A DNA stretch of 32,000 bases, taken from contig NC_008312.1 of assembly GCF_000014265.1 (NCBI RefSeq), forward strand, positions 3,300,001 to 3,332,000, read 5' to 3'. Below, piece after piece: positions 1-10,983 of this stretch (positions are counted from its first letter, which is position 1; every line of letters starts with the position of its first letter). The notes beneath the pieces are model-generated. The model did not search any database, was not told the origin of the DNA, and was given only the letters and a program-made list of their open reading frames with translations. The position numbers and the translations under genes were made by a program. This DNA is from Trichodesmium erythraeum IMS101 (GTDB lineage: Bacteria; Cyanobacteriota; Cyanobacteriia; Cyanobacteriales; Microcoleaceae).

Positions 1-223
1 CAAAATAATCAACTTACCATCTTTACCACTGCTAATGAGCTTGCTATCAGGAGTAAACGCTACCGAAGTTATAGCTCTTGTATGTTCCTTACATATAGAA
101 ATAGGTGTTAGCCTTTTCAGACTCCAAACTTTAATATTTCTATCACTGTCTTTACTCACAATTAACTTTCCATCGGAGCTGAAAGCTAGCGAGTTAAAAA
201 CAGCTGAATGTGTTCTACGGTAG
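1..223 (-). pseudogene. WD40-repeat protein fragment (no N-terminus; continues past window start)
   Basis: The minus-strand frame ending at nt 1 reads YRRTHSAVFNSLAFSSDGKLIVSKDSDRNIKVWSLKRLTPISICKEHTRAITSVAFTPDSKLISSGKDGKLIIL, which is two WD40 units (FSxDGK...IKVW). The frame opens directly after a TAA at 256-258, has no ATG before the repeats, and overlaps the 3' end of the MscS gene. It therefore looks like a 5'-truncated remnant. Confidence 0.6.
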
Positions 224-226
224 TTA

Positions 227-1936
227 TCATGTTGCCGATCTGTTTGAGGATGCCATTACCTTTACTCCTGATGTCTCGAGAAGCTTGTTAATTTTGAGCA
301 GTATTTCTTGTTGGACTAAAATAGATTCAGCTAAATCTCTAGTTAGGATATATGTGAAGATATCAATATCAACGATTTCATGACTCAAACTGCTAATACC
401 AACACTTTCTTCGGAAAGTTTTGGATCTTGAGCGAGGACATTTCGTAGCTTCTCCATGATTTCTTCTAAGTCTTCGTGAACACTGTCATAGCTCAATGAA
501 AGTGTCTTGTCAAAATAATAGTTGTCACGCTTACTATGATTGACAATTTGCGATGTGGATACTACTGTATTAGGGACAGAAATGAGGTAGCGTTCTGGCG
601 TGCGAATCAATGTTGAGTGTAAACTGATGTTTTCTACTGTACCGGTAACACCACCTAATTCACAAAAATCGCCAATCTTTATTGTGTCAGTTAACAATAA
701 GGTTAAACCACCTACTACATTTTCTATATATGGTTTAACTCCAAACCCAACAGCAACACCACTAATTCCGAAGCTAGCTATTATTGGTCCAACAGCTATG
801 CCAATTTCTTTGCTGGTAATATAAAAAACTATTAATCCTGTTACAGCTCCTAGTAAACGAAATCCATTGTGAATCATTACTTTTTTCAAGTCTCTATTCT
901 GTTCAGCCATTCTGAAGATAATAGTAGAACTAATGGCATTGAATACCATAAAAGCGAGCCAAGCTAAAACAAGACCTTGCAGAACAGTTGATAATGTCAG
1001 TAGATTTTCTAGGAGTTTGCCCGTGATATTAATAGATTGATCTATGATATATTTCCAAAAAGTAATCAAGCAATATGTGAAAACTGGTATAAATAATCCC
1101 AACCATGATTTTTTCTGGGGATCAGTAATTTTTCCTTTGTGCGAGACTTTGAATATCAATTTGTCGGCAAAAAAAACGGTAGGGAATATTATCAAGGTTA
1201 CTATAGCTAGACTAAACCATTGCCAGAGGGTTTGGCCATACAACAATATAATATTTTTCCCCCTTGGTAGCCATGTATTCCATTTGGGAGGTAGGAGATG
1301 GCCAGGTGTACTGATATAGAATTTGTAGAACCCTGGAGATGTTTTCCAGTAATTCGATTCATTATAGGGATATTTCTTGATCAATTGATAATATTTTCTG
1401 ATCCGCTTCACTGTTTCAGGGGTAAAGAGAAATTGATTGGCATTGAAACCTTTCTCAACTAACTGCATTTTAATCTCAGTTTCTGGAACTTCCCAGCGTG
1501 TTAGGGATCTAGAGAAAACATCTTCTTGACTAGGAATCATACTGGGTCTAGGTAATTTAAGGCGGTCTAATATCTCTTTCAGCATTAATGCAGATTGTGT
1601 ACCAAACTCTTGAATAGTAACTGGGGAAACATCTACAAGATTTAAGGCCTTAATCGCCCGGTTAAGAGCTAAGTTTGCTTCATCGGCTTTTTTTAGCACT
1701 GCCTGAGAATGCCATAATCCCCCGTCTTTTTTTGACTGCTCTTCAGCTTCCATAATCAGTGTATAAGCCTGATTCATATTATTCATAAATCCTGACATGG
1801 TAGCACGGGGACTATTAGTGTCAGGTGGCCTAAGTGGGTTAAAGTTTGAGCTTATGCTAATAACGGCATGCTGAGTCAGCAGAATTATTATTACAACAGT
1901 GAGAATTTGTAAAAAGAGTTTTTTTATGAGTTTCAT
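227..1936 (-). CDS. mechanosensitive ion channel, MscS family, with long N-terminal extension
   Basis: 569-aa ORF with an N-terminal signal/anchor (LFLQILTVVIIILL) and several TM helices. These are followed by the MscS pore-helix/beta-domain signature GPIIASFGISGVAVGFG...IKIGDFCELGGVTGTVENISLHSTLIRTPERYLISVPNTVV. Confidence 0.85.
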   Translation of the reverse strand: MKLIKKLFLQILTVVIIILLTQHAVISISSNFNPLRPPDTNSPRATMSGFMNNMNQAYTLIMEAEEQSKKDGGLWHSQAVLKKADEANLALNRAIKALNLVDVSPVTIQEFGTQSALMLKEILDRLKLPRPSMIPSQEDVFSRSLTRWEVPETEIKMQLVEKGFNANQFLFTPETVKRIRKYYQLIKKYPYNESNYWKTSPGFYKFYISTPGHLLPPKWNTWLPRGKNIILLYGQTLWQWFSLAIVTLIIFPTVFFADKLIFKVSHKGKITDPQKKSWLGLFIPVFTYCLITFWKYIIDQSINITGKLLENLLTLSTVLQGLVLAWLAFMVFNAISSTIIFRMAEQNRDLKKVMIHNGFRLLGAVTGLIVFYITSKEIGIAVGPIIASFGISGVAVGFGVKPYIENVVGGLTLLLTDTIKIGDFCELGGVTGTVENISLHSTLIRTPERYLISVPNTVVSTSQIVNHSKRDNYYFDKTLSLSYDSVHEDLEEIMEKLRNVLAQDPKLSEESVGISSLSHEIVDIDIFTYILTRDLAESILVQQEILLKINKLLETSGVKVMASSNRSAT

Positions 1937-2073
1937 ACTGAGAAAGTCTCCATAACTTGCAGATTAGTCTATTTATTTAAGTCTTAAGAGTCCATTTTTC
2001 CTGATCAATTCTGGCTTTGTCAGTAGGAAATGTGAGAAATTTTCCCTCAATTTATTTCTAAAATTTGTAAGGA

Positions 2074-3507
2074 ATGTATGATTTGTTTGCTATAATTTCC
2101 CAAAACACTAACATTTTCCAATCTATGGATATTAAAGAAGTTTTGAAGTTGGTTGAGGAGCTAATTTATGACCATACCGGAGAAAATTTAGACTATCTGC
2201 CAAAAACTATATTGCAAGGCACTTTAGAAGGTCAGACTTACAAAAAAATTTCTGAGGAAACTTACGCTAGCGAAACCCATGTTAGGTATATTGGTGCTAA
2301 ATTATGGAAAACTTTATCGGAAATACTCGGTGAAAATATTACCAAAGCAAATTTTAGAACAATTTTAGAAAATACAAATATTTACAATTTTGTACCTGTT
2401 GTTTGTAGAGATAATGCAACAAATAACATTAATATCTGTCCGTCAAACCCTCACGCTTCCGCAATAAAAACCAACTCTGAACAAACACCAACTCAACATA
2501 TTATTGACCTAGACAAAGCGCCAGAAATTATCAACTTTTATGGGCGCACAGAGGAAATATCAACCATGACAAAATGGATAGTGAGCGATCGCCTCCGTGT
2601 CATTTCCCTTTTAGGAATAAGTGGTATCGGCAAAACGACCCTTTCTCTAAGATTAATTCAACAAATAAATGGGTTAGAAAACCAAACCCCTACCTTTAAC
2701 TACATCATTTATCGGACCCTACGCTTTTCTCCCACCCTCACCACAACCCTCACTAACCTCCTGCAAATTTTCGCACCAGAAACAGAAGTTTCCCACAATA
2801 TCGACATCCTATTATCACAACTACAAAAATACCTAGCAAAATATTCTTGCTGGATCATATTTGATGACGTACACAAATTATTTACTCCGGGAAAACTTGC
2901 TGGTCAATACAAATCTGGTTATGCAAATTATCGGGATTTTTTTCAACTATTTGCCACAGTCTCCCATCAGAGTTGTCTACTATTAATAAGTAGAGAAAAA
3001 ATAGCAGAAATTTTCAAATTAGAAACAGAAAATTATCCAGTGGAAACTTTAATTTTAGGAAGTTTAGGAGCTTCGTCTAAAGCAATCTGTCAAAGGCACA
3101 AGTTAGTAAATCAAGAATCCTGGGAAAAATTGATTAATAATTATCAAGGAAATCCGCAATGGTTAGATATAACAGCAACAATAATTCAAGAATTATTTAG
3201 AGGTAAAGTAGCAGAATTTATGGAATATAAAACCCTAATTTTACCAGAAGCATTACAAGCCGAATTAGAACAACAATTACAAAATTTATCCCCTCTTGAA
3301 ATCAGAATGATGAAGCAAATAGCCAACCAAAGCCAACCTATTTCAATAGCGGAAATAAGTAGACAATCACAACTATCTATTCAGGAAAATATTAACTTAA
3401 TTCAATCCCTAAAGAAGCGGTTATTATTATATGGGCAGTTAGAGAATAATTTGACAGTATTTACTCTGAATTCAATCTGGAATCAATACTTAAAAAATAA
3501 AAATTAG
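2074..3507 (+). CDS. STAND (NB-ARC/NACHT-like) P-loop NTPase with N-terminal HTH-like domain, no C-terminal repeat sensor
   Basis: 477 aa. The N-terminus (LQGTLEGQTYKKISEETYASETHVRYIGAKLWKTLSEILGENITKANFRTILE) is the HTH-like module that heads many cyanobacterial NACHT/NB-ARC-WD40 proteins. It has Walker A LLGISGIGKTTL (nt 2614-2640), Walker B CWIIFDDVH, LLLISRE and GNPQWL motifs, then a winged-helix-like tail. The ORF ends without WD40/TPR repeats. The ATG at 2125 is an alternative start. Confidence 0.75.
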   Translation: MYDLFAIISQNTNIFQSMDIKEVLKLVEELIYDHTGENLDYLPKTILQGTLEGQTYKKISEETYASETHVRYIGAKLWKTLSEILGENITKANFRTILENTNIYNFVPVVCRDNATNNINICPSNPHASAIKTNSEQTPTQHIIDLDKAPEIINFYGRTEEISTMTKWIVSDRLRVISLLGISGIGKTTLSLRLIQQINGLENQTPTFNYIIYRTLRFSPTLTTTLTNLLQIFAPETEVSHNIDILLSQLQKYLAKYSCWIIFDDVHKLFTPGKLAGQYKSGYANYRDFFQLFATVSHQSCLLLISREKIAEIFKLETENYPVETLILGSLGASSKAICQRHKLVNQESWEKLINNYQGNPQWLDITATIIQELFRGKVAEFMEYKTLILPEALQAELEQQLQNLSPLEIRMMKQIANQSQPISIAEISRQSQLSIQENINLIQSLKKRLLLYGQLENNLTVFTLNSIWNQYLKNKN

Positions 3508-4072
3508 TAGGATAAAATTTTTATTTTTTCTACATGTCAACTTTTTTTCATTATCACCTTAAATAATATCATTATAAATAATATTTTCAACTAAAAATTA
3601 TGCGATATCATGCAACAAGGAGTTATATTATATCTATTGAAATAGTTAGAATGAAAACTTGAAGTAAGACTTGAGCAGTAAAACATATATAGAAAATTCT
3701 AAGTATATAAAGTTGAAATATTAAGAATAAATATTTTGTAATTTCGCTATATTAACTGTCATAGCTATACCTAAAATTTGATCAAATATTCTGTATTTTA
3801 TAGGCTAAATCCCTACTAAAAACAAAAAAAATATCAAAATTTATCACTTGTTATCCAGATATAATATTACTTATCAATAGATTTATAAGAGTAAATTTCC
3901 TGATTATAAAAACAAATAATCATCAATAAAAATCTAGTTTATTGTTTAATATCAGACAATTATTAGCAACAAAATCCACTCAAAAAATATGGCTCAAAAT
4001 ATTCCAGCTAAAAATATCAACATTCTCTAAATAATAAATAATTCAGGAATTAAAAAAAACAAAGGTAAATAA

Positions 4073-4627
4073 TTATTCCGGGAATTGCAAGATAATTTAC
4101 TAGAAATTACTGACTTATAAAAAAACTCCTATAACAAGCAAAAACCGGTTTTTTTAAACCTAATAGATTATCCGCCATTGCTAGAAAATATTGTTAGGAT
4201 GTCAGTAGTTAAACCCATCTTATTTATTGGTAATTTTTGTCTGTATCCATTGTATATTCGTAAGGAAATTACAGTTAATTTAGCTCTTGACAATGAGGAT
4301 ATTATTATTAAAGGTAAGATTGATAAATTAGCGTTAAAAGACCAATTTTAGAGAATAGTAATTGAGTCTAAAAAAGCTGAATTTTCTCTAGAAGCTGGGC
4401 GGGGTCAAATTCTTGCTTATATGTTAACAAATCCTCATTCAAATCGGCCTAATTATGGAGCGATTTCTACAGGTGACGGTTTTATGTTTATTAAATTAGT
4501 TAATGGAGAAATACCGCAATATGCTCTTTCTCAAGGATTTTTTACTTTTCATCCTGGTAATAAACTTTATGATGTACTTCCCATTCTCAAACCCTTAACT
4601 GAAATTGTCTTAAAAAGAATTGAATAG
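4073..4627 (+). pseudogene. HsdR_N-like PD-(D/E)xK nuclease-domain gene, disrupted by two in-frame stops
   Basis: A single frame reads FRELQDNLLEITDL*KNSYNKQKPVFLNLIDYPPLLENIVRMSVVKPILFIGNF...IIIKGKIDKLALKDQF*RIVIESKKAEFSLEAGRGQILAYMLTNP... It shows the D...ExK core and overall pattern of the cyanobacterial 'type I restriction enzyme HsdR N-terminal domain' family. The frame is interrupted by TAA (4118-4120) and TAG (4349-4351). ORF-track entry 4421..4627 is its tail. Confidence 0.6.
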
Positions 4628-4646
4628 AGTATAGCTGAAGTCATTT

Positions 4647-4674
4647 CAGTTATCAGTTATCGGTTATCAGTATC
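4647..4674. repeat. heptamer microsatellite (STRR-like)
   Basis: Four tandem heptamers, cagttat cagttat cggttat cagtatc, lie immediately after the pseudogene. Confidence 0.7.
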
Positions 4675-5145
4675 TCTGGGTTCAGCTAAAGGCTTGAAAT
4701 GCTGAAGTTTATTTTTTTCCGAACCTTGAAACGGAAAGCTTGAGACCTAATTTTTTTGTGAGAAGTAGAAACCCTAAATTCTTAGGGCGAACTAAATTTG
4801 AGAGCTGCGATAATTTCCTAACCATCTAAGCGACTGCCATAAGAACTGATACCAAATTTGCTGCTGCTTTTGGAGTATTACAGTACTTTTCCAAACTAGA
4901 AAACCACAAATAGTGAGTGTTGTATCCAACATTCCTATAAAGTTATCGCAGTCGAAGTATAAGTTAAGACATCAACTTCAGCTTGTCTCCAAAATTGGGA
5001 ATAATTCAGCGTCGTAAACCTTTATTCAATTGCTATATCATTTCTTTGATGTGGTTCATTGGCAGAAAAATACTGTATAAAAAACTAGGTTTATAGGATA
5101 CAGATGTTAGTATAGTAGAGCATTTAATATAAAATTGATATCAAC

Positions 5146-6342
5146 ATGACTACTTTCAATTTGACAAACCAAAACCTAGAAACAAACCTGGAGACAATTT
5201 TAAACCGTGCTCTCCAAGGTTATGATCTATCTCCAGCAGAGACACTTTTATTGTTATCCCCAACTACGAAACCTAATTTGGGAAAACTTGCCTTAACTGA
5301 ACTTCCAGCAGAAATAACCGCTATCCAGAAAACAGCAGACCAACTCCGACAACAACAAGTAGGTGATACGGTAACTTACGTGATCAACCGTAATATAAAT
5401 TTCACCAATATCTGTGAACAACATTGTAGTTTTTGTGCATTTCGCCGAGACGACGGGAAAACAGGTGCATTTTGGTTAGACATCAATCAAATTTTAGCAA
5501 AAGCTAACGATGCGGTGCAACGTGGAGCCACAGAAATTTGTATGCAGGGAGGATTAAATCTTCAAGCTAAAGTTGCAGGAAAATCTTTACCTTATTATTT
5601 GCAACTGGTAAGAGAGATTAAAAATGAGTTTTCCCATTTGCACTTACATGCTTTTTCTCCCCAGGAAGTTCAGTTTATTGCTAGGGAGGATGGGGTGAGT
5701 TATGAATATGTAATTGCTGCTTTACGGGATGCAGGGGTACATTCAATGCCCGGTACTGCTGCAGAAGTTTTGGATGATGCAGTCAGACGAATTATTTGCC
5801 CGGAAAAAATTGATACAGGAACTTGGTTAGAAATAGTGGGTACAGCCCACCGGTTGGGAATGCCAACCACAAGTACTATGTTATGCGGTCATATTGAAAC
5901 CCCTAAACAGCAGATTTTACATTTAGAGAGATTGCGATCGCTACAACAAACTGCTATTGAAAAAGATTATCCAGCAAGAATAACAGAATTTATTTTATTA
6001 CCATTTGTGGGACAAGAAGCACCTGCACCTTTACGTCGGAGGGTAGGGCACGACCAACCTATTTTGTTAGATGTTTTATTGTTAACAGCGGTGTCGAGAA
6101 TATTCTTAGGAAATTGGATTATTAATCATCAACCCAGTTGGGTGAAAATTGGTTTAGATGGAGCAAAAGAGGCATTAAAGTGGGGTTGTAATGATATTGG
6201 TGGGACTTTAATGGAAGAACATATTACTACAATGGCTGGTGCTATTGGAGGTACTTTTATGGAAGTCAAAAATTTACAGGAAGCTATTACAAGTTTGGGG
6301 AGAAACTATCAACAAAGAGATACTCTTTATAAATATTTGTAG
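5146..6342 (+). CDS. cofH: radical-SAM enzyme, FO (7,8-didemethyl-8-hydroxy-5-deazariboflavin) synthase subunit 2 CofH-like
   Basis: 398 aa with Fe-S cluster motif [17 protein letters not shown] (CxxxCxFCAF). Length and layout fit CofH. The look-alikes are MqnC/MqnE, but cyanobacteria make phylloquinone by the Men route. Confidence 0.7.
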   Translation: MTTFNLTNQNLETNLETILNRALQGYDLSPAETLLLLSPTTKPNLGKLALTELPAEITAIQKTADQLRQQQVGDTVTYVINRNINFTNICEQHCSFCAFRRDDGKTGAFWLDINQILAKANDAVQRGATEICMQGGLNLQAKVAGKSLPYYLQLVREIKNEFSHLHLHAFSPQEVQFIAREDGVSYEYVIAALRDAGVHSMPGTAAEVLDDAVRRIICPEKIDTGTWLEIVGTAHRLGMPTTSTMLCGHIETPKQQILHLERLRSLQQTAIEKDYPARITEFILLPFVGQEAPAPLRRRVGHDQPILLDVLLLTAVSRIFLGNWIINHQPSWVKIGLDGAKEALKWGCNDIGGTLMEEHITTMAGAIGGTFMEVKNLQEAITSLGRNYQQRDTLYKYL

Positions 6343-6360
6343 GTTTGGTTGAGGTACCGA

Positions 6361-6407
6361 AACCCAACAAAAAAAGTAAAAGTTATATACAGATTTTTTG
6401 TTGGGTT
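6361..6407 (+). terminator. hairpin downstream of cofH-like gene
   Basis: aacccaacaaaaaa (6361-6374) and ttttttgttgggtt (6394-6407) form a perfect 14-bp inverted repeat with a 19-nt loop. It starts 19 nt after the stop codon. The stem is A/U-rich, so its strength is uncertain. Confidence 0.4.
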
Positions 6408-8006
6408 GCTCTGTCATTGATAGCCTACAACTATATTTTGATATTTTGATATTTAGAATTTACAAATATGAATGTTAAGATGCCTCTAGGTAGATCACAT
6501 CAGGAAATTATAAAGTCTCCAAGAAGAAAACAAAAGTCATCTCAATATTTTTAAGGTGTTGTTGACATCCTCTCGGGCTTTTAAGAGTAGGGATATAGCC
6601 GAGCTATAGCTACTCAGCGAGTTTACCTTCAGAAGCTGTCACTACTTTGGCACTGGTCTCGAATTACTTCTACCTCCTTTTTTGTCTCCGTTTAGCTTTC
6701 CCTTCGCGATATAAAACGCTATATAAAAAGTGAAGTTCCTCCGAAGGACGCATGCCCAAGGAGCCAGCAAATTAGCAACATGCAGAACTTATGTATTGAA
6801 AAAAAATCAGCTAAAAAGTTTTTCTTTTCCTACAAGGCTTTTTTTAGGAATATTTTGTGCTATAATTAAAAAACTTTTTTCGTATGAAACCGCTCTCAAA
6901 ATAAGCGGCTACCTAATTTTAGGTTTTGTAACTATTAAACTAGAATTATGGGTTTCGATAAGTAATGCTTCTAGTAAGAATTTCTCTAGGCAACAAGTAC
7001 CCGAGAACCAAAGTTTTTTAAAGAAAGAAGCTGTATCCTAGGGCATGGAGGAATATATTTAAGGAAAAGAGCAAACTTTTGGGGAGAAAAAAAAGAACTT
7101 GATATATATTGTTTTGAAAATTCAATAAGCACCATAAGTAGAAAATATATTGTCAATAAGCGCAATAAACTACCGTTTATCAAAAATTTACCCTAGTTTA
7201 TTGAAAATATACGTTTGCCCTATTCAAGCATAGTGGAGATAAGTTATACTAATTCCCATAAATAATGCTTTACTTGGGTAAAACTTCAGTGATTAAATAA
7301 CTCATATAAGAAACAGAGTTTTTTTACTTTCTTTAGGTAAGTTAATGTTAATTATTTGTTTACTTATTCTCTACTTTTTGACTTAATAAAATGTAGAAAA
7401 ATTTTTGAGAAATGATCTTAAAAGTCAGAGGTTCAAGGTGATGAGTCAGGCTTCTACCTCTATGTACTCGCTAATTATTAGAGCCTTCAATATTTGAAAC
7501 ACTTGCCAAATTTGAGATGACTGGGATAGTTTTTTCTCTGCATACTAGCGACATCATTACTATGATCATTTTCTCACTGAAGCGTTATAGATTGTGTTAC
7601 AAAAATTTACAAAATCAGAGGTATTTTAATGATTACCACTATATCTAGTAATGAATGCTCTACTTTTTCAGACCAACTTTATGGGAAAATTAATAGCAAT
7701 TTTAGAGAAAAAAATCAGTATCAAACACTGCAAAATATTGATTAACACTCTGTCATACTGAATTATAGTCGATCTTAAGATATTATTATTTCTGAAAAAC
7801 ACTTAGAGAAAAAAGTCAATATTTATTCTGTAAACTGAAATCTATCTTAACTATTTACATAGAATTATCCCTCCGATAAAACAGTAATTTATCAGGGGAT
7901 ATTACAGCTATTTGAAAAGAAGCAACAACAATTGGTTATCATCTTTCTCCAAAAATATTAAGAGAAAGATGAAAAGTTATTTATTAATTATAAGGGGTAA
8001 TTAACC

Positions 8007-9710
8007 ATGGAAAAAGTAGCTCAAAAAAACAACAACCTTACAAGTAATTATTATGGTTTGAGCCGTTGGTTAAAATCTCTAACTCTAGGCATAATTCCTG
8101 CTATTTTAACTGCTTTACCAGTGAATGCAGCCAAGCATATTTCTGTTGGTCACGAAGGTTTAAATACTTTGATTTCAGTATCAGCATTAGAAAGTTATGT
8201 TCAAAATGGAGAAATTAACTATGAACTAGCTAGCTATATGCTACTTTTAGAAGCTGAAGACGAACAGGAATACCGAGACTTCTTGCAAACTCGCTACAAT
8301 TTTCCACCTCAAATAGTTGCTCAATTTCTTCACTCACCTATGGGAAAATTATTCCTCAACAGTTTAGGAGAAGTAATTAAAACTCATTCAGTTAATAGTG
8401 GTTCATCCTCTATTGAAAATGGTGCAGAAGCAATTAAAACAGCCTTATTAAAATCTGCAAATGACTCTGCAGGCTTAAGTATTATAAATTTTGTCCGTCA
8501 TTTTCCCAGTGATGTTATGTGGCTAGAAGCAAAAAAAATTGTAGCTGTGACTGAAAAAATTTCTACTGTAGAACAAGAGACAAAAGCTTTGGTTGAAACA
8601 GTAGCAGAACTAACATTAAAAGAAGCTAATCAAGAAAAAAGAGTAGATTTCTCGCAATTACCGGATATTAGGAAAAAGGGAAAATATAGCTTTTCACAAC
8701 AAAAAATTACTCTAGAAGATACCGGACGTAATCGCAATTTTTCAGCCCAATTTTATTTGCCAAATATATCTTCAGAAGAAACCTCAATTCCTGTAGTAGT
8801 TATTTCTCATGGTTTAGGTTCTAATGGGGTAAACTTCCAGAGCTTGGCCGAACATTTAGCCTCTTATGGATTTGCTGTTGCCCTACCTCAACATAGAGGT
8901 AGTAATTATGAATATATCCAGAAATTCTTAGCAGGTAAAACTCAAGATATGTTTCAAGGGAATGAGTTTATCGATCGCCCTTTAGATATTTCTTTCTTAT
9001 TAAATGAATTAGAACAGTTAAATAAATATCAATTACAAGGTCAGTTAAACTTAGAAAAAGTTGGCATATTTGGTCATTCTTTTGGAGCCTCTACGGCCTT
9101 TGCCTTAGCAGGTGCAGAGATTAACTTTAATCAGCTCCAACAAGACTGTGGTCCACAAATGGAAATTTTGAATATGTCGCTGCTGCTACAGTGCCGTGCT
9201 TTGGAATTGAAACCACAAAAATATAACTTGAAAGATGATAGAATTGGAGCAATATTTGTACTTGACCCAGTGAATAGTAGTTTATTTGGAAAAGCTGGTA
9301 TCAGTCAGATTAAGTTACCTGTTTTATGGGGAAGTGGGAGTGAAGATAAAATTACTCCCATAGTTTTAGAACAAGCAAACTCTTTTACTTGGTTGCCAAC
9401 TACCAATAAATATTTGGTATTAACAGAGGGAGCAGATCATATTAATATTAATCTGGGTGCAGTTAACAAAAATGCCTTTACTTCTTTAGAAGAGTTAATT
9501 AAGCCAGACCCAGAAGTAGTAGTTGGTTATGCTAATGCTTTTGGTTTAGCATTTTTCCAAAGCCACGTTGCCGATCGCCCTGAATATCATTCTTATTTAC
9601 AAGCATCTTATGCTAAGGCGATCAGCGAGCGACCTTTTAATCTGAGTTTAGTGCGTTTTTTGCCAGAAACTCAGTTAAACAAAGTATCAAAACAAGCAAG
9701 GAAAGACTAA
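8007..9710 (+). CDS. secreted alpha/beta hydrolase with N-terminal DUF1400-type domain
   Basis: 567 aa with an N-terminal signal/anchor (LTLGIIPAILTALPVNA). A DUF1400-like segment follows (ISVSALESYVQNGEINYELASYMLLL...). The hydrolase core has HG (VVVISHGLGS) and nucleophile elbow GIFGHSFGAST. Confidence 0.8.
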   Translation: MEKVAQKNNNLTSNYYGLSRWLKSLTLGIIPAILTALPVNAAKHISVGHEGLNTLISVSALESYVQNGEINYELASYMLLLEAEDEQEYRDFLQTRYNFPPQIVAQFLHSPMGKLFLNSLGEVIKTHSVNSGSSSIENGAEAIKTALLKSANDSAGLSIINFVRHFPSDVMWLEAKKIVAVTEKISTVEQETKALVETVAELTLKEANQEKRVDFSQLPDIRKKGKYSFSQQKITLEDTGRNRNFSAQFYLPNISSEETSIPVVVISHGLGSNGVNFQSLAEHLASYGFAVALPQHRGSNYEYIQKFLAGKTQDMFQGNEFIDRPLDISFLLNELEQLNKYQLQGQLNLEKVGIFGHSFGASTAFALAGAEINFNQLQQDCGPQMEILNMSLLLQCRALELKPQKYNLKDDRIGAIFVLDPVNSSLFGKAGISQIKLPVLWGSGSEDKITPIVLEQANSFTWLPTTNKYLVLTEGADHININLGAVNKNAFTSLEELIKPDPEVVVGYANAFGLAFFQSHVADRPEYHSYLQASYAKAISERPFNLSLVRFLPETQLNKVSKQARKD

Positions 9711-9899
9711 TTAAGGTTTATTGAAAAAGTCTTTTTGGGGAATAGGGAATAGAGATAAATAGAAATTATAGAGCAGGTGGTTGGATATATTTGTCCTTTG
9801 CGAACCTCTACCATAGTCAAGCTAAAATGATAAATTTTTGAGCTTGAGCAAGGGAAAAGAATGAACCAGATCAAAAAAAAATGATCGTCCGCTCTGGGA

Positions 9900-10506
9900 G
9901 TTGACATTCAACGTTCCGCTCTTCCTGGTTTAATAATAATGAAAAGCATTGAAGGTCTCTAGTGTGGTCGACCGAGGCAGGTCCTATTAGACTTCTCCAA
10001 AAACACCGATCAAAGAAAAAACTCCCTGCTCCCTAACCCCAAAAACCATTCTGCTTCAGGAACACCTATTATTTTTTGACTAATTTAGTCTTTAACTGAT
10101 ACTTAACAGTAGCATAAACTGCTTTGTAAGAAGCATTAATATTATACTCCTTTTGTAACCATGTTTGAATTTCTCCATAACTTTCAAAACCGTTATCAGG
10201 ATCATTCAGTCGTTTTTCCAACTGATCTCGTGCCTCTTCTGGAATTGCTGGTTTGCGTCCCCCATTTTGTTTAACGTGCAATAGTCCTGGAAGTCCTTCC
10301 TTGCGATATTGTCTTAACCACCGTTGCACTGTAATTCGATTTACTCCTAGAGTAATTGCCAATTCTTTAACAGTTGCTACTTGACCAATTTTAAATAAAT
10401 ACAATGCTTGAATCTTCTGAAAACCACTAACGGTCTTTTGATGATTTAACAATGTTTTGAGTTCTGGAACTGTTTCTGTAATTTCTATTTTACATACCCC
10501 GGCCAT
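9900..10506 (-). mobile_element. IS630-family insertion sequence remnant (OrfA intact, DDE part degraded and truncated)
   Basis: The intact HTH ORF at 10069..10506 is followed on the minus strand by shifted-frame traces (..KIIGVPEAE.., ..FFFDR.. resembling the FFFDE start of the DDE domain). Only about 350 bp remain before the 3' end of the hydrolase gene, so no full transposase can fit. Confidence 0.5.
10069..10506 (-). CDS. IS630-family transposase N-terminal (OrfA, HTH) protein
   Basis: 145 aa: ...VATVKELAITLGVNRITVQRWLRQYRKEGLPGLLHVKQNGGRKPAIPEEARDQLEKRLNDPDNGFESYGEIQTWLQKEYNINASYKAVY... This is the typical paired-HTH part of IS630/Tc1-like transposases. Confidence 0.8.
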   Translation of the reverse strand: MAGVCKIEITETVPELKTLLNHQKTVSGFQKIQALYLFKIGQVATVKELAITLGVNRITVQRWLRQYRKEGLPGLLHVKQNGGRKPAIPEEARDQLEKRLNDPDNGFESYGEIQTWLQKEYNINASYKAVYATVKYQLKTKLVKK

Positions 10507-10983
10507 ATTTATTTCCTTTTACCTTTGTACTACTGTTCTAAGATTAAAACTTTTTCCATAATATCTGTAGCATACAAAATAATAAATTACTACTATAATA
10601 TTTTATGGTAGATTTTTAGCATAAAAAGTACAAATCTTCATGATCAATCAAACCTTTGTAATGCGATAATTTTGCTTGATACAGCTATACCTCAGGTTTG
10701 ATGATATACAGCAAATTTAATTGACTTAGTATTTAACCAATTGATTGGTTTAAGGTAGAACAGGATATCCTAAATGATTAGCAATTGAGCTTTGAGAGAC
10801 AGATATCAGAGTCTAGACTAGTGAATTTAATAATAATATATCAGAACATCGTTTTACTACTAAACTAAACTTGTTGAACCTCCGCCATTACCCTAAATTT
10901 TTTTTTAATTTACAGCTAAATGAAATTTGTGCAGCATTCCGTCAAAAAAAAAGCTGATAGCCAGTTAATGAAAAATTAAGATC

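Noticed and set aside
35-223. 62-aa plus-strand ORF
   Set aside because: It is the antisense shadow of the WD40-repeat fragment, which gives a far more convincing translation on the minus strand.
600-1319. Plus-strand ORFs 600..824 and 1044..1319
   Set aside because: They lie entirely inside and antisense to the MscS gene. They have low-complexity composition and no motifs.
6730-7183. ORFs 6730..7041 (+) and 6986..7183 (-) in the cofH-hydrolase spacer
   Set aside because: They have non-ATG or weak starts, mutually overlap and have low-complexity sequences with no motifs. A somewhat G+C-richer patch at 6560-6760 with small hairpins (agctatagct palindrome) was examined for riboswitch or sRNA motifs, but nothing recognisable was found.
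9707-9907. 66-aa minus-strand ORF
   Set aside because: It lies in degraded IS630 debris and overlaps the hydrolase stop. The sequence is unconvincing.
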